This document shows positions 47,001 through 58,667 of a stretch of DNA of 64,000 bases, in pieces. Position numbers and translations under genes: made by a program. The first letter of the stretch is position 1; each line of letters begins with the position of its first letter. The DNA lies in contig MU008161.1 of the NCBI GenBank assembly GCA_010909165.1, forward strand, positions 1,240,001 to 1,304,000, given 5' to 3'. The DNA comes from Anthoceros angustus. Taxonomy: Eukaryota; Plantae; Anthocerotophyta. The notes under the pieces are model-generated. The model was not told where the DNA came from. It saw only the letters and a list, made by a program, of their open reading frames with translations, and did no database searches.

Positions 47001-48746
47001 GAAGGTACTTACAACCCAGGAGCGGCCGCCGTGGGAATGCACGAAGGATTGGGGAGGACACTACGCAAAGACAGTCACCACCAAAAGATTTGAAGCGGAT
47101 ACCGTGGCCAACAATGTATGGGGACACCCACCGCTTGTGAAGAAGTGTGATGTCACGATCGAAGCCGACTCCACAACACAATGGCCGCAAGCACACCCAT
47201 AACTAGCGCCTTTTGAGAAGTGGGGCATCGACTGCCTCATACAACCAACCCGAGGCACACACAAAAGCGTACATTTGGTGGCAACGGACCACCTGTGGTA
47301 GAGGCGGTCGCAACGAGAACGGACTCTGCAAGCACGGTGGCAAAGTTCCTTTATGAGAACATCATCACGCGGTATGGGTGTCCGCTGCAGCTGGTGAGCG
47401 ATAGAGAGACTCATTTCCTCAATGATGTGATCACTGCAATGACGGACTATTTTGGCATCACACATCGCAAGACAGCGCCCTACAACCCGAAGGCTAATGG
47501 GTTGACGGAGAAGACCAATGGACTCATCCGCCGATCCAATAAACTTACGTTAACTATGCACACGATCGATACCAAGTTGCAAGACTGGGCTTTCGTGACG
47601 AGAAGGTAACCACGCAACGAACTCAGACATTTAACCTATGGGCATTCGCCTGCTATGCCGGTGGAGTTTTGCGTACCAACGCCACGGATTATGATGGAGA
47701 GCCTAACGGATGAGGAGAGCCAACCGAGCGCTTTGCCGGGTTTGTCCAACACACGAGGGTCGGGAAGAGGCACAAATGATGCAACTTGTAAATCAACGCA
47801 AGTCGTGGCATGACAAAGCGAATCGGGAAGTGATTTGGCCTCCTTTATGACCCGCATATGCACTTTCCGCAAACTTCACTTGAGGTGGATGGGTCCTTAC
47901 CGTGTGGTGTGTACGCAATGGGTCCGCTCAACTCGGCTGGATGGGGAATCTACAACCCGGTGAACGGGTGGCGGTAAAGAAGTATGCCTAGTGTTGGCGA
48001 GACGCCAACAGATGAGAAGGGGAGTATGTGGGCTACGGACTTCCCTTGGGGTTAGGAATAAGTGGGGTTTTGTTTTTTGTAGGTTGGAATAGTAAAATAA
48101 GGCGAAAGGAGGAATAAGCACGGATGGCGCTCGGACGACTTGGAGTAAGCAACGGACCACTCCGGAGTAAGCAACCGACCATACCACTATGGAAACTCCG
48201 ACTACCCGAGCAAGTCCGAGAAGCTCGGATACCCTGAGTACGCTGGGTAAGTCCGGACCCCGAGAGACAAGGTGACCCAGCCGGCCACTGTGAAGCCGGA
48301 CCTCAAGTCTGAGTGAGGACCTCGAGGTCCGCGGCAAGAAGGAGGAGCCCCTCCGACTTACGCTAGCAGATAGCCGGGCCCCACCGGCGAGGGACCTGTG
48401 GGGAGGCCGGTTAGCGGATGAGGAAAAGCGGAGCTCTTGGGGTTTGTCCAACACACGGAGGGTCGGGAAGAGCTGTGGATGCAACATGCAGAATCAAGAG
48501 TGGCATGGCAGCGCCGGAATCGGGGAGTATGTGAAGGCGGGAGATTTGGCCCTCCTTTATGATGCGGCATATGCACTTTCGGGCAAACTTCACTTGAGGT
48601 GGATGGGTCCTTACCAAGTGGTGCAGTGTCGCAAATGGGTCCGTTCAACTCGGCGGTTGGATGGAGGCTGGCCAACCGGGTGAGCGGGTGGCGTGTAGAA
48701 GTACCATGCCTAGTGTTGGCGGAGGCAATGATGAGAAAGGGAGTAT

Positions 48747-50015
48747 GTGGGCTACGGACTTCCCTTGGGGTTAGGAAATAAGTGGGGTTTTGTTTTTTGT
48801 AGGTTGGAATAGTAAAATAAGGCGGAAAAGGAGGAATAAGCACGGATGGCGCTTGACGAGGACTTGGAGTAAACGGACCACTCCGGAGTAAGCAACGGAC
48901 CCGTCTGGAAACTCGGACTACACTCGAGGCAAGTCGGAAGCTCCGGATACCCTTGAGTACGGTAGTCCGGACCCCGAGACAGGTCGGACCTGGCCGGACT
49001 CGAGAAATAAGCCGGACTCCAGGTTGAGTCGGGCGGACCTCGAGGTCCGGCCTGCGGCGATGGAGGGCCCCGACTTACGCTAGGGAAGCGAATGGCCGGT
49101 GGCCACCGGAGGACCAGGGAGGCGAGGGGAGGATGACGCCGAGTAACGGGCGGTTGTCGACCGCCGCAGCCCAACCTCGGCTGTGATTCCGGAGAGAGGA
49201 GGGGCCCGCCTCACGGATCATCCGATTGGGAGCGCCACAACGCCGACGGAGATTGGACCACCCATCCCGAGGCGGAACCCAATCTTCCCGACCACCACCG
49301 AAGGAGATAGGGGAGGAAATAGGATGGTAGTCGATTAGGGCATACCGAAATGGCCATCACTGTAATAGGGGTGTAATAAAGACCGACCTTGGGCGTAGTA
49401 TAAGAGGGCCGAGGCCTAGTAAAGTATCTTTCTCTGGTGTTGATGCGTTCTTGCACCCTTTACGCCTTCTTGCTAACGCGAGTCCCGAGTCATCGAAAGG
49501 TGCACGACGACCCCGGAGATCGATCAAGGTCCCGTGACGGACTTAACGTGTGGTGGTGTGTGCAGGGAAGGACGACTGAGGACCCTTGTTCGTCGAGAGC
49601 GGCGGCCCAACGTCGAGCGGACCGGAACGTGTGAGCCGGAGGTACTTTGGGAGGGTGTGCAGAGCCCGGACGGAGAGGCCCGGTGGAGCAACGTAGGAGG
49701 TCCTGACTGTGTAGCCACTTGCGTTCTTTTCCAAGGTTGATAAGTGTAGAGAGAGCGATGAGGCGAAGAAATCAAGAACGAGTGACCAAGCGGACGCAAA
49801 CGGGTCTCAAACGCTTACACGGCCCGCTGTTCGGTGAACGTTATAAATAGCTGGTGTAAACGAAGATTGAGTGTGTTAAGGTGAAGTGGACCAAGAAAGG
49901 TGAGAATCGGTGAAGCGCGGCAAACGGAGCTATCATTCTCTTGGGAACGAACTCCATACCACAACGACACGGGATTGTGCGCGCCCGGCTGTCCATCAGC
50001 GAAAGTCGCGCCACA
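48747..50015 (+). repeat. 3' LTR of the layer-3 element, preceded by a polypurine tract
   Basis: gagaaagggagta|TGTGGGCTACGG is colinear with 39823-41018. An extra partial PPT+LTR copy lies at ~48010-48400. Confidence 0.88.
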
Positions 50016-50691
50016 CTTGCCTTGTTGCTAGAGTGGCCCCGGCGTCGTCGCATCCTTAGGCTCCGTGGGAAACAGCGCGCCGAGCCTCGACGGGTTCTCC
50101 AAAACGGTGCGCTCGAGATGTGAAAGAAGGAGCGCCAGAGGGCTGGGTGTCTAGGCACGAGCGACTGAGAAAACTGCCAAAACGTCGTGTCGGAGAGTAT
50201 TCTTCTCTCAGTTACAGTGCGGCGGGCATTATTGATGAGTGGCAAGACGTCCTTTCATTGCCAGTAACTGCCACCTTTCTGCATCTTGTACCGCAGCTTC
50301 ACGCCTGCTGCCTTCTTGGCGCACATCCACGGGTCGTGACTATATGCCCATAACGGGTCGTGACTATATGCTAGGGTTCTGGCTCGCTGCATGTCAGACG
50401 ACCCCTTGCCACCGTCCACATGTCACCCTTCCTAAATTATGCCCCACACCGTCGGACCACCCAAGCCTTTCTTCGAACTTCTCCTCCAGACTTCTCCTCC
50501 GGACTTACCCGGAGTTCAATTCTCTCCTAATGCCGTCCTTCTCAACCCCCCCGGACCTCACCTACATTGAGCCGCGCTTCTGGATCGCCTTATTATCGTG
50601 CACTTTATTTCCCACACAAAGCCCCAAAAAAAAAAAAAAATCTCCTGCTAATCGATCCGAAGTGGAGTCAAGCATCCGTCCCTTGTCCACA

Positions 50692-51386
50692 CCAAGTTCA
50701 AAAACTCTCCTTTCACCATACCATTACGAAAATAGTAAACATAAATAATGACATGCTGCACCATAGCCTTATCCCTACCCTCATCTATCAAAATTCCATA
50801 CCACGGACTAGCCTTCTATCTCTTTTTTTGCTTCATACAAAGATAATTGTTCAGCAAAAGCACATGCTTCTTACATGCACTATCAATAACATATGTGACA
50901 TAGATCCTCACATGGGGAACTCATTTCAATCCTATATTGCCCATGAACTCATATAATTTCTCATACTTCTGGAAGCTCAAGTACTTAGTTGCAACAAATA
51001 GGAGAACTTCAGTAAGTTGATGATCTCCTTATCTTTCTTGCAATAGTGAGCAACTGTGCTTTGCTCAATACAAGGTTAAATAGAGGAAGCAAGGCCTTCT
51101 TATGATATGCAGATCTAGAGTGGTCATCCAAGGCGGTCTTCAAAAAGTTTTTGTTTCCCAGCTGTGACCATGTTTGATAAGATAGCTTGGCTTGGTCAAC
51201 CTTGCCTGCTCCATGTCATGAACATCTCATATAAAACATCCTACAATCCTCTCCAACCATCCGAAGTTCTAACCAAGGAAAGGATATCTTCCATTCATCC
51301 TTAAAGCCTCTTGGCTTTGTAGTCTTTAGATGCTTTTCTTCAGAAGAGTCCTCCATTGCGTGCTTGGTAGCTTCTGATGACTCCAT
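50692..51386 (-). pseudogene. hAT transposase relic, N-terminal half
   Basis: From the ATG at 51386 it reads MESSE...RGFKDEWKISFPWLE...NFLKTALDDHSRSAYHKKA (TTF-type zinc-finger-like) and, across frameshifts, PWYGILIDEGRDKAMVQHVIIYVYY...EFLNL. Confidence 0.8.
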
Positions 51387-52108
51387 AGTTGGCGATGTTC
51401 CTCAACCAAATGTGAGGCACAAACCCTATAACAAAGAGTGTTTGTGTAATAGGTACCTTAAAACCTAATAATATTAATTTTAAAATAATATATTTATGTA
51501 CGTAATTGATTTTCATTACAATGTTTAGGATTTTATGCTAGCCCATATGCTTGAGCCGAAGAAAATGCAGAAACTAGCTAGTACGCTTGTGCGGTGAGCC
51601 GGTTACCGGGCGGTTCACAACAGGTTTTGCAAGTGGATTCAGATGCAATCATTATCTTTAGTGAAGTTTAGGCTTTAGCGTGCACCCAAACATGGCTTTC
51701 GAAATGTAGAGGCAAGCATTGGGTCGTCACCATGAAATGGGCATGAAGGCCTACTTAAGTATATTAGCTTTGTCAACAGGTCCGTCCAATCTGTAGTTAC
51801 CAAAAGAGCCCCAAAAAGGAAAACGGAGCTCCGTCCGTGATAAGTAGTACGGCAACGTACAGTGCTCCGTTTTTGTCCGCTCGTTTTTCACGTAAGGGCC
51901 TGACATGTGGGCCCAATATAGGTGCCTGTTTACGCACCCAGGATGTATCCCAGGTGCATGTGACCACCGGCCTACCTTGTCTCCGCTTTCGCAATCCATC
52001 GTGTTGTGCAGCAAGGTGCTCACACTCTACTCAATCTGTTTGAGACCACAGTGCTCACCCACCCAATTTGTTTAAGATCTTGCCCAACAAGTTCACTTTC
52101 AGTTCAAG

Positions 52109-52477
52109 ATGGATCTGTTTGCCCAAAATGAGCAACTTCTATTTGTTTCAAGTGTTCCAACACAACAAGCTTTGGCTCTATCTGGGATCCCGAGACTTGG
52201 GAATCCAAAGTGGGTTGCTTGGACGATGGAGAGCACACTTGCTTTGATTACAGCATATGAGGAGATTTATGTCGACCAACTGCACAAGGGCAACCTTGGC
52301 GGACACCATTGGGAGGCTATTACTCTGAAGATTTTGCCTGCATATGTAGGTTTTGTTCCAACCGGTCTCCAATATCGAAACAAGATGGATAATTTGAAGA
52401 AGCAGTACAAGCAGGACGAGAAAATGCTAGGCAAGCTGGATGACAGATCTATCTATAGCACCAACAATGTAAGGTAA
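52109..52477 (+). CDS. Harbinger-associated Myb/SANT-like DNA-binding protein, truncated
   Basis: WTMESTLALI...GNLGGHHWEAIT...QYRNKMDNLKKQYK. Confidence 0.75.
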   Translation: MDLFAQNEQLLFVSSVPTQQALALSGIPRLGNPKWVAWTMESTLALITAYEEIYVDQLHKGNLGGHHWEAITLKILPAYVGFVPTGLQYRNKMDNLKKQYKQDEKMLGKLDDRSIYSTNNVR

Positions 52478-52490
52478 TAAGGTCTACTCC

Positions 52491-53072
52491 TCAACCCTCT
52501 GATATGTCAGCCTGTCGTTGAGCTAATGGAATGACCACGAATGCAGAATATAACTTTGCAGGGTCACTCAAGATGGAAACAATAACCTTCGTATACTCAA
52601 CAACTGTAGCATCACCAACACCATACTTGGAAGCAACAGCGAGTGAAGGTAGACCTTTGCCCAACCTATGCAACACCATAGCAATAGCCTTTTTACATGG
52701 TATCGGCGTTCTTGGTGAAGTGTGTACTAAAAAGGGTTGCTATTGGTGAACAAGGACCATAAAAGTTGGGTAGGACATTCGATGTCCTCTACACCAATGC
52801 TCATCACATCTTTTAGGGCCCTCCAAGTGCCAATCTTGCATGTAAAGCTCTTCCCAAAGTCTTGTTGTAGATGGTGCCTTCCACCAAATACGCGGGATAC
52901 GCATTCCCATTGTCTCCACAGGAGCACCACCAGAAGCTGCGAGTAACATTGCGAAGAGTACATACATGACACTATCAAAGGAGCTCATATCCTCTATATC
53001 TCCAAGATGTAAAGGATGAGAAGCTCTGACATACAATATAGTATGAAGCACAAAGTAAATGACAGGATCCAT
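52491..53072 (-). pseudogene. Harbinger transposase, N-terminal part only
   Basis: W..HRMSYPTFMVLVHQ*QPFL...IPCKKAIAMVLHRLGKG...ASKYGVGDATV has one in-frame stop. The DDE core is missing. Confidence 0.8.
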
Positions 53073-53875
53073 ATATCAAAATTAATAAAATAATACTACA
53101 TAATAATAAATGTAATATGAAGAAAATATCAAGCACTCAATACAAACAGACACAAGTAGACATAGACTTGGTTGCCCTTCATACAAAGCAGTTGGGAGAA
53201 GGAAAAAGCTTGGTTCTAAAGAGCGGGCTGGCGAAAGGAAGCGACGGGCGGGGCCGATTTGCCCTGGCTGTCCAACGGGTGTTCCTAAACCGGGCACTAA
53301 AGTAATGGGGAAAAGGCATGCACACAAATAACAAGTCTGACACCTTTTTTACTCTCGCGCGCGCCACGGCTCCGTCCGGTGCCCGCTATATACGGAAATC
53401 TTACGATGGAGGCACAACTCAATGTAAGTAGGCCTTGAGAACCAGGAACCGGCGAACGGGGGTCAGCGTCCGTCCCGGTGCAGTATCCAGATTGTCTCGT
53501 TACATTCCTGCTTCTGTTACCTACAGCAAGGCTGCTTTGTAACAAGGGGCCTCCACAGTAGACTGCACTGCCCGCAAGTTCCTGATGTAAGGAGCCAAAC
53601 TACCACTCTGACAATGTGATGAAGTTACCATAAGGGGTGTCTACTTCGAAAGGTGACAACAAAGTCTGTGGCACAGGATGACTGGGCGGACTCAACAACG
53701 GCTTACGACATTCATGCTCACCATAATCCATTACCCAAAGACCCAGCTCTCTCCTGTTCAGTCTGCTCCACTCAAGATTGTGAAGAAAAATACGAGGACA
53801 GGCAGATTCTCAGTAGCATGAGATGGTCAAGCCAACGGAGAAAGACCTACAGGCACAGGCTGTATCTTTTGAGCC

Positions 53876-55970
53876 TCAAACCTGTTCTACTAGTCTCTTT
53901 GAATATAAGTAGGAGTCAGAACTCTCAGTTCCTCTAAAGAAGTTACGTAATCTTTCCTTGATGGTGAAACCGAGTCTCTCACAGAAAGCCATAGCCGCTT
54001 GGTTGTTGGTTGGAACATATAGATAAGCTTCCACAACCCCAAACTTCTGCTGAGCGAAGTCCATACAGTGCTTGACCAGTTGGGATCCTGTCGCATCACA
54101 TTTATCCAGGGCCTTTTGAAGTTAGCCAGCATGCTAACAACCCGGAAAGGTCTACAAGATTGAGCTCACATGAGTCGTGAAGTACCAATTGTTTGTCTCC
54201 GATAAGCTGGGGAAATATGGACGGACTGGATGTAGAGGTGGAGCCAGTGATCCTTCTTTTTCACAACCTGGCAAAGAACTGATCCCGCCACGTTTGTTCC
54301 ATCGCCCGCATCCTTCTGGAACTCGGCTACAACTTGGACAGGCTCCAGCAACTCCTGATTGATATTTTCAAGGCTGGTTGCAGTCGTTGTCCCGGATGAC
54401 TGATCTGTGTCAGTATCTTCCTCTTCATCCTCTGAAGTCAACCATCTTCCGTCTGCAGGTATTCAGTGACATGTCAGCACACTGATCGGAAGCAACCGTC
54501 ACAGACAGCATCCGAACAACGCACCAGTATGGACAGGAGGAGCTGACCAGGTTGAGGTTTCTTCGAGAATACATAGCAATCTGAACTGTAGAAATGTTTG
54601 TGACTTCTTGTGTAATAATCCCGAATCCTCTCTGTGATGGTGAAACCGGATTTCTCACAGAAGGCTATAGCTCTAGTATCGTTGGTTGGCACATGCATGT
54701 GAGCTTCCACAATTTGATGATCCCCAGAAGCAGCCTCCAGACAGCTCTCCATGAGCGACGTGCCTGAAAAAATGACAGTTAGCCCTGGAGATGATCATCA
54801 CTTCACTGGGCAACATGCACGAACAAAGGGTGCCGACTTGGAATCTAGGAACAGCAGCAGGTTCAAAGCATCGAGTTACCAACTCCTCGTCTTTGATATC
54901 CCGGACCAACAGTCAAGGACTTGATATACAGGTGCAACCCATCATTCTTCCTCTGAACCTGACCTACAATCGACCCGGCCAAGATATCACCATCACGAGC
55001 TTCCTTCTCGTATTCTGCAATCAAAGAGCTCCCAGACTGCGCCGACTCCTTGACATCACCCGGATCTGCATGCTCCGTTCCACATATTAGAACCGGAGAT
55101 AGTTGCCCGCACCCTGAAGCTTTCACAAACATGACAGATATGAAGTAGGGCCAGCGGATGCAAACAATGGGCATTGCAGTGCCAACCCGACTGTATTCTC
55201 TTCTGGAGTACGTAACAATCCGGAGCTTCAGTCCTGTTGTAAAATTTCCGTAGCCGTTCTGAGATTGTGAAACCATGCTTTTCACAAAAGCTACAGCCTC
55301 AGCATCGTCGGTGGGCAGAAGTAAGTATGCTTCGACAACATTGTACTCTCGCGCAGCAACCTCCAGGACGTCCTTTATCAGCGAAGAACCTACCAAAATG
55401 GTGCAGCGTTGTTCAACACAATGTCACAATCTCTGAAACAGGTTGTGACTGTCAGTGATAACCTACCAAATCCCTGCCTTCGATGGGCGGGGTCGACTGT
55501 CAAAGACTTGATGTACAGCACCTGCGACCCATTCTTTCTCCTCTCAACCTGAGCAGCAATTGTTCCCGCCAACGCCTCATCCTGATGTGCAACCTTCTCG
55601 AATTCCACAACAACAACAGTTTCAGGCTCCAACAAATCCTGAGCTGCAGATGCCCTGCTCGCTATCACAGAAGAAGTTGCAATTCCTCGATCTACCGCCT
55701 TCCAAGCTGTGCAGACGTCACCACCTGCACCATAATCGGCACCTGCACGGTTGCTCTGTGAGAACCTGGATGAGAATCCGACCGAGCAATGCAATGCGAA
55801 CTCCAGCAGCCTTCCAAAACTGTACCTGCTGGAAGCCTGGCCAATGATCGAGATGCTGCCGACAGTCTGAAAATGGATTCCGATTGTCTCCGACACAATT
55901 GAGATGCCAGGGCAGTACCTGCCCGCCTCAACATCCTCTCCGTCCTCCAAACTCCTCACCTGCTCAGCAT
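53876..55970 (-). CDS. Protein with three tandem NAA50-like GNAT acetyltransferase domains, multi-exon; 5' exon structure uncertain
   Basis: Three repeats of AG.I..QV.R..LYI.S..V.P.Y/HRR.G.G|..L...L......EAY/HL.VPT.....AFCE..GFTI.ER.R.YY....D.Y...K. Each has an intron at the same Gly of motif A. One 1-bp homopolymer deletion lies at 55286-55289. Confidence 0.8.
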
Positions 55971-55998
55971 CAGACGCTCAGCTCAATCCTTAAACCTA

Positions 55999-56006
55999 AA
56001 ACCCTA
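55999..56006 (+). promoter_or_regulatory. Telo-box (AAACCCTA) in the ~105-bp gap between the divergent GNATx3 and MurG starts; copy at 58593-58600
   Basis: Exact motif between head-to-head start codons. Confidence 0.5.
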
Positions 56007-56074
56007 GGTCTGTCCAGGTCTGGACCAGGCCCGTATCGCACGCCGATCTCGGAGCTGGTAGCTGAAAGGGGAAC

Positions 56075-56872
56075 ATGACGAGGTTTCTCAATGGCAGCCT
56101 CTTGCACTTGTATTCGCCTCATACTGACTGTCTCAGGAGGCCATTGTTTCCAGCCAGAAGAGCCGGCAGGTGTGTTGCTATCAACGTGACGGCATGCTGT
56201 GACGGGGCGGGGCGGTTGAGAGTGCTGTTCGCAGCTGGGGGGACAGGCGGGCATGTCTACCCAGCCATCGCCATCGCTGATGAGATGTGCAGGCTGGCGC
56301 CCGGGGCCGACATCCGTTTCGTGGGCACCAAGGATCGGATGGAGTGGGCAGCTGTGCCTCGGGCAGGATACGTCATTCAATCCATCCCGGCAGTGGGCAT
56401 CCGGCGGCCTTTCTGGTCTCCCTCCAATCTGCTGCTTCCCGGAAGGCTCCTCTATTCCATCGTGCAGTGCTGGAGAATTCTGCGCGCTTTCAGACCACAC
56501 CTTGTGGTGGGCACAGGAGGGTACGTGGCAGGCCCTGTGTGCTTAGTCGCGGCAGTGACAGGCTGCCCTGTGGCAATTCAGGAGCAGAATGCGTATGCCG
56601 GCATCACCAACCGCATTCTTGGCAGATTGTGAAAGTGGTGTTCCTGGCTTTTGTTGCTGCAATCGCCTTCTTTCCGAGGACAAATGCCGTGTTCGAGGAA
56701 ATCCCACGAGGGCGGCCCTTCGAACACAGACTCCCAAGCACGAAGCTGTCCAGTTTTCACAGGCGGAGCTGTGGGCAGCCCTGCTGGTGGGCTTGAGGTG
56801 GAGGAAGGCAAGGTGGGCAAGGTTGTGCTGGTGCTCGGTGGCTCTCTGGGGGCCCGGCCCATAAACCTGGCA
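56075..56872 (+). pseudogene. murG: 3'-truncated MurG copy created by the duplication
   Basis: [21 protein letters not shown] and QEQNAYAG are present. The sequence breaks after [11 protein letters not shown] at the junction. Confidence 0.85.
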
Positions 56873-58564
56873 AAAGAACTGATCCCGCCACGTTTGTTCC
56901 ATCGCCCGCATCCTTCTGGAACTCGGCTACAACTTGGACAGGCTCCAGCAACTCCTGATTGATATTTTCAAGGCTGGTTGCAGTCGTTGTCCCGGATGAC
57001 TGATCTGTGTCAGTATCTTCCTCTTCATCCTCTGAAGTCAACCATCTTCCGTCTGCAGGTATTCAGTGACATGTCAGCACACTGATCGGAAGCAACCGTC
57101 ACAGACAGCATCCGAACAACGCACCAGTATGGACAGGAGGAGCTGACCAGGTTGAGGTTTCTTCGAGAATACATAGCAATCTGAACTGTAGAAATGTTTG
57201 TGACTTCTTGTGTAATAATCCCGAATCCTCTCTGTGATGGTGAAACCGGATTTCTCACAGAAGGCTATAGCTCTAGTATCGTTGGTTGGCACATGCATGT
57301 GAGCTTCCACAATTTGATGATCCCCAGAAGCAGCCTCCAGACAGCTCTCCATGAGCGACGTGCCTGAAAATGACAGTTAGCCCTGGAGATGATCATCACT
57401 TCACTGGGCAACATGCACGAACAAAGGGTGCCGACTTGGAATCTAGGAACAGCAGCAGGTTCAAAGCATCGAGTTACCAACTCCTCGTCTTTGATATCCC
57501 GGACCAACAGTCAAGGACTTGATATACAGGTGCAACCCATCATTCTTCCTCTGAACCTGACCTACAATCGACCCGGCCAAGATATCACCATCACGAGCTT
57601 CCTTCTCGTATTCTGCAATCAAAGAGCTCCCAGACTGCGCCGACTCCTTGACATCACCCGGATCTGCATGCTCCGTTCCACATATTAGAACCGGAGATAG
57701 TTGCCCGCACCCTGAAGCTTTCACAAACATGACAGATATGAAGTAGGGCCAGCGGATGCAAACAATGGGCATTGCAGTGCCAACCCGACTGTATTCTCTT
57801 CTGGAGTACGTAACAATCCGGAGCTTCAGTCCTGTTGTAAAATTTCCGTAGCCGTTCTGAGATTGTGAAACCATGCTTTTCACAAAAGCTACAGCCTCAG
57901 CATCGTCGGTGGGCAGAAGTAAGTATGCTTCGACAACATTGTACTCTCGCGCAGCAACCTCCAGGACGTCCTTTATCAGCGAAGAACCTACCAAAATGGT
58001 GCAGCGTTGTTCAACACAATGTCACAATCTCTGAAACAGGTTGTGACTGTCAGTGATAACCTACCAAATCCCTGCCTTCGATGGGCGGGGTCGACTGTCA
58101 AAGACTTGATGTACAGCACCTGCGACCCATTCTCCTCTCAACCTGAGCAGCAATTGTTCCCGCCAACGCCTCATCCTGATGTGCAACCTTCTCGAATTCC
58201 ACAACAACAACAGTTTCAGGCTCCAACAAATCCTGAGCTGCAGATGCCCTGCTCGCTATCACAGAAGAAGTTGCAATTCCTCGATCTACCGCCTTCCAAG
58301 CTGTGCAGACGTCACCACCTGCACCATAATCGGCACCTGCACGGTTGCTCTGTGAGAACCTGGATGAGAATCCGACCGAGCAATGCAATGCGAACTCCAG
58401 CAGCCTTCCAAAACTGTACCTGCTGGAAGCCTGGCCAATGATCGAGATGCTGCCGACAGTCTGAAAATGGATTCCGATTGTCTCCGACACAATTGAGATG
58501 CCAGGGCAGTACCTGCCCGCCTCAACATCCTCTCCGTCCTCCAAACTCCTCACCTGCTCAGCAT
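56864..58564 (-). pseudogene. 3'-truncated copy of the triple-GNAT gene, ending inside domain 3
   Basis: Duplicate of 54265-55970 that runs into the MurG copy. Confidence 0.8.
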
Positions 58565-58667
58565 CAGACGCTCAGCTCAATCCTTAAACCTAAAACCCTA
58601 GGTCTGTCCAGGTCTGGACCAGGCCCGTATCGCACGCCGATCTCGGAGCTGGTAGCTGAAAGGGAAC

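Larger units (their letters stand above)
39823..50015 (+). mobile_element. Nest layer 3: full-length Ty3/gypsy LTR retrotransposon (non-chromovirus, Athila/Tat-like), heavily frameshifted
   Basis: TSD CTTGC at 39818-39822 and 50016-50020; TG...CA termini. It has a gag CCHC knuckle (CAVCHQHGHSKANC, ~42080), protease LDTGS (~44770), RT (PWVAPIVVVP...EIFSDDF), RNase H (ADPSGRIARWILLLQEF) and integrase (PFEKWGID...GCPLQLVSD...YNPKANGLTEKTN), in PR-RT-RH-INT order. Confidence 0.93.
35164..50691. mobile_element. Nest layer 1: solo-LTR-like insertion (~0.5 kb of its own sequence) inside the hAT transposase
   Basis: TSD CCAAG lies at 35159-35163 and 50692-50696. The imperfect inverted ends are TATGGACGGG and CCCTTGTCCACA. 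Removing the insert restores the in-frame hAT sequence EFLNL|ANIVNAHTNG. Confidence 0.75.
51747..53435. mobile_element. Internally deleted PIF/Harbinger DNA transposon, 1689 bp
   Basis: Perfect 11-bp TIRs AGGCCTACTTA (51747-51757) and TAAGTAGGCCT (53425-53435), with a 3-bp TSD TGA on both sides. It holds convergent Myb/SANT-like and transposase ORF remnants. Confidence 0.9.
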
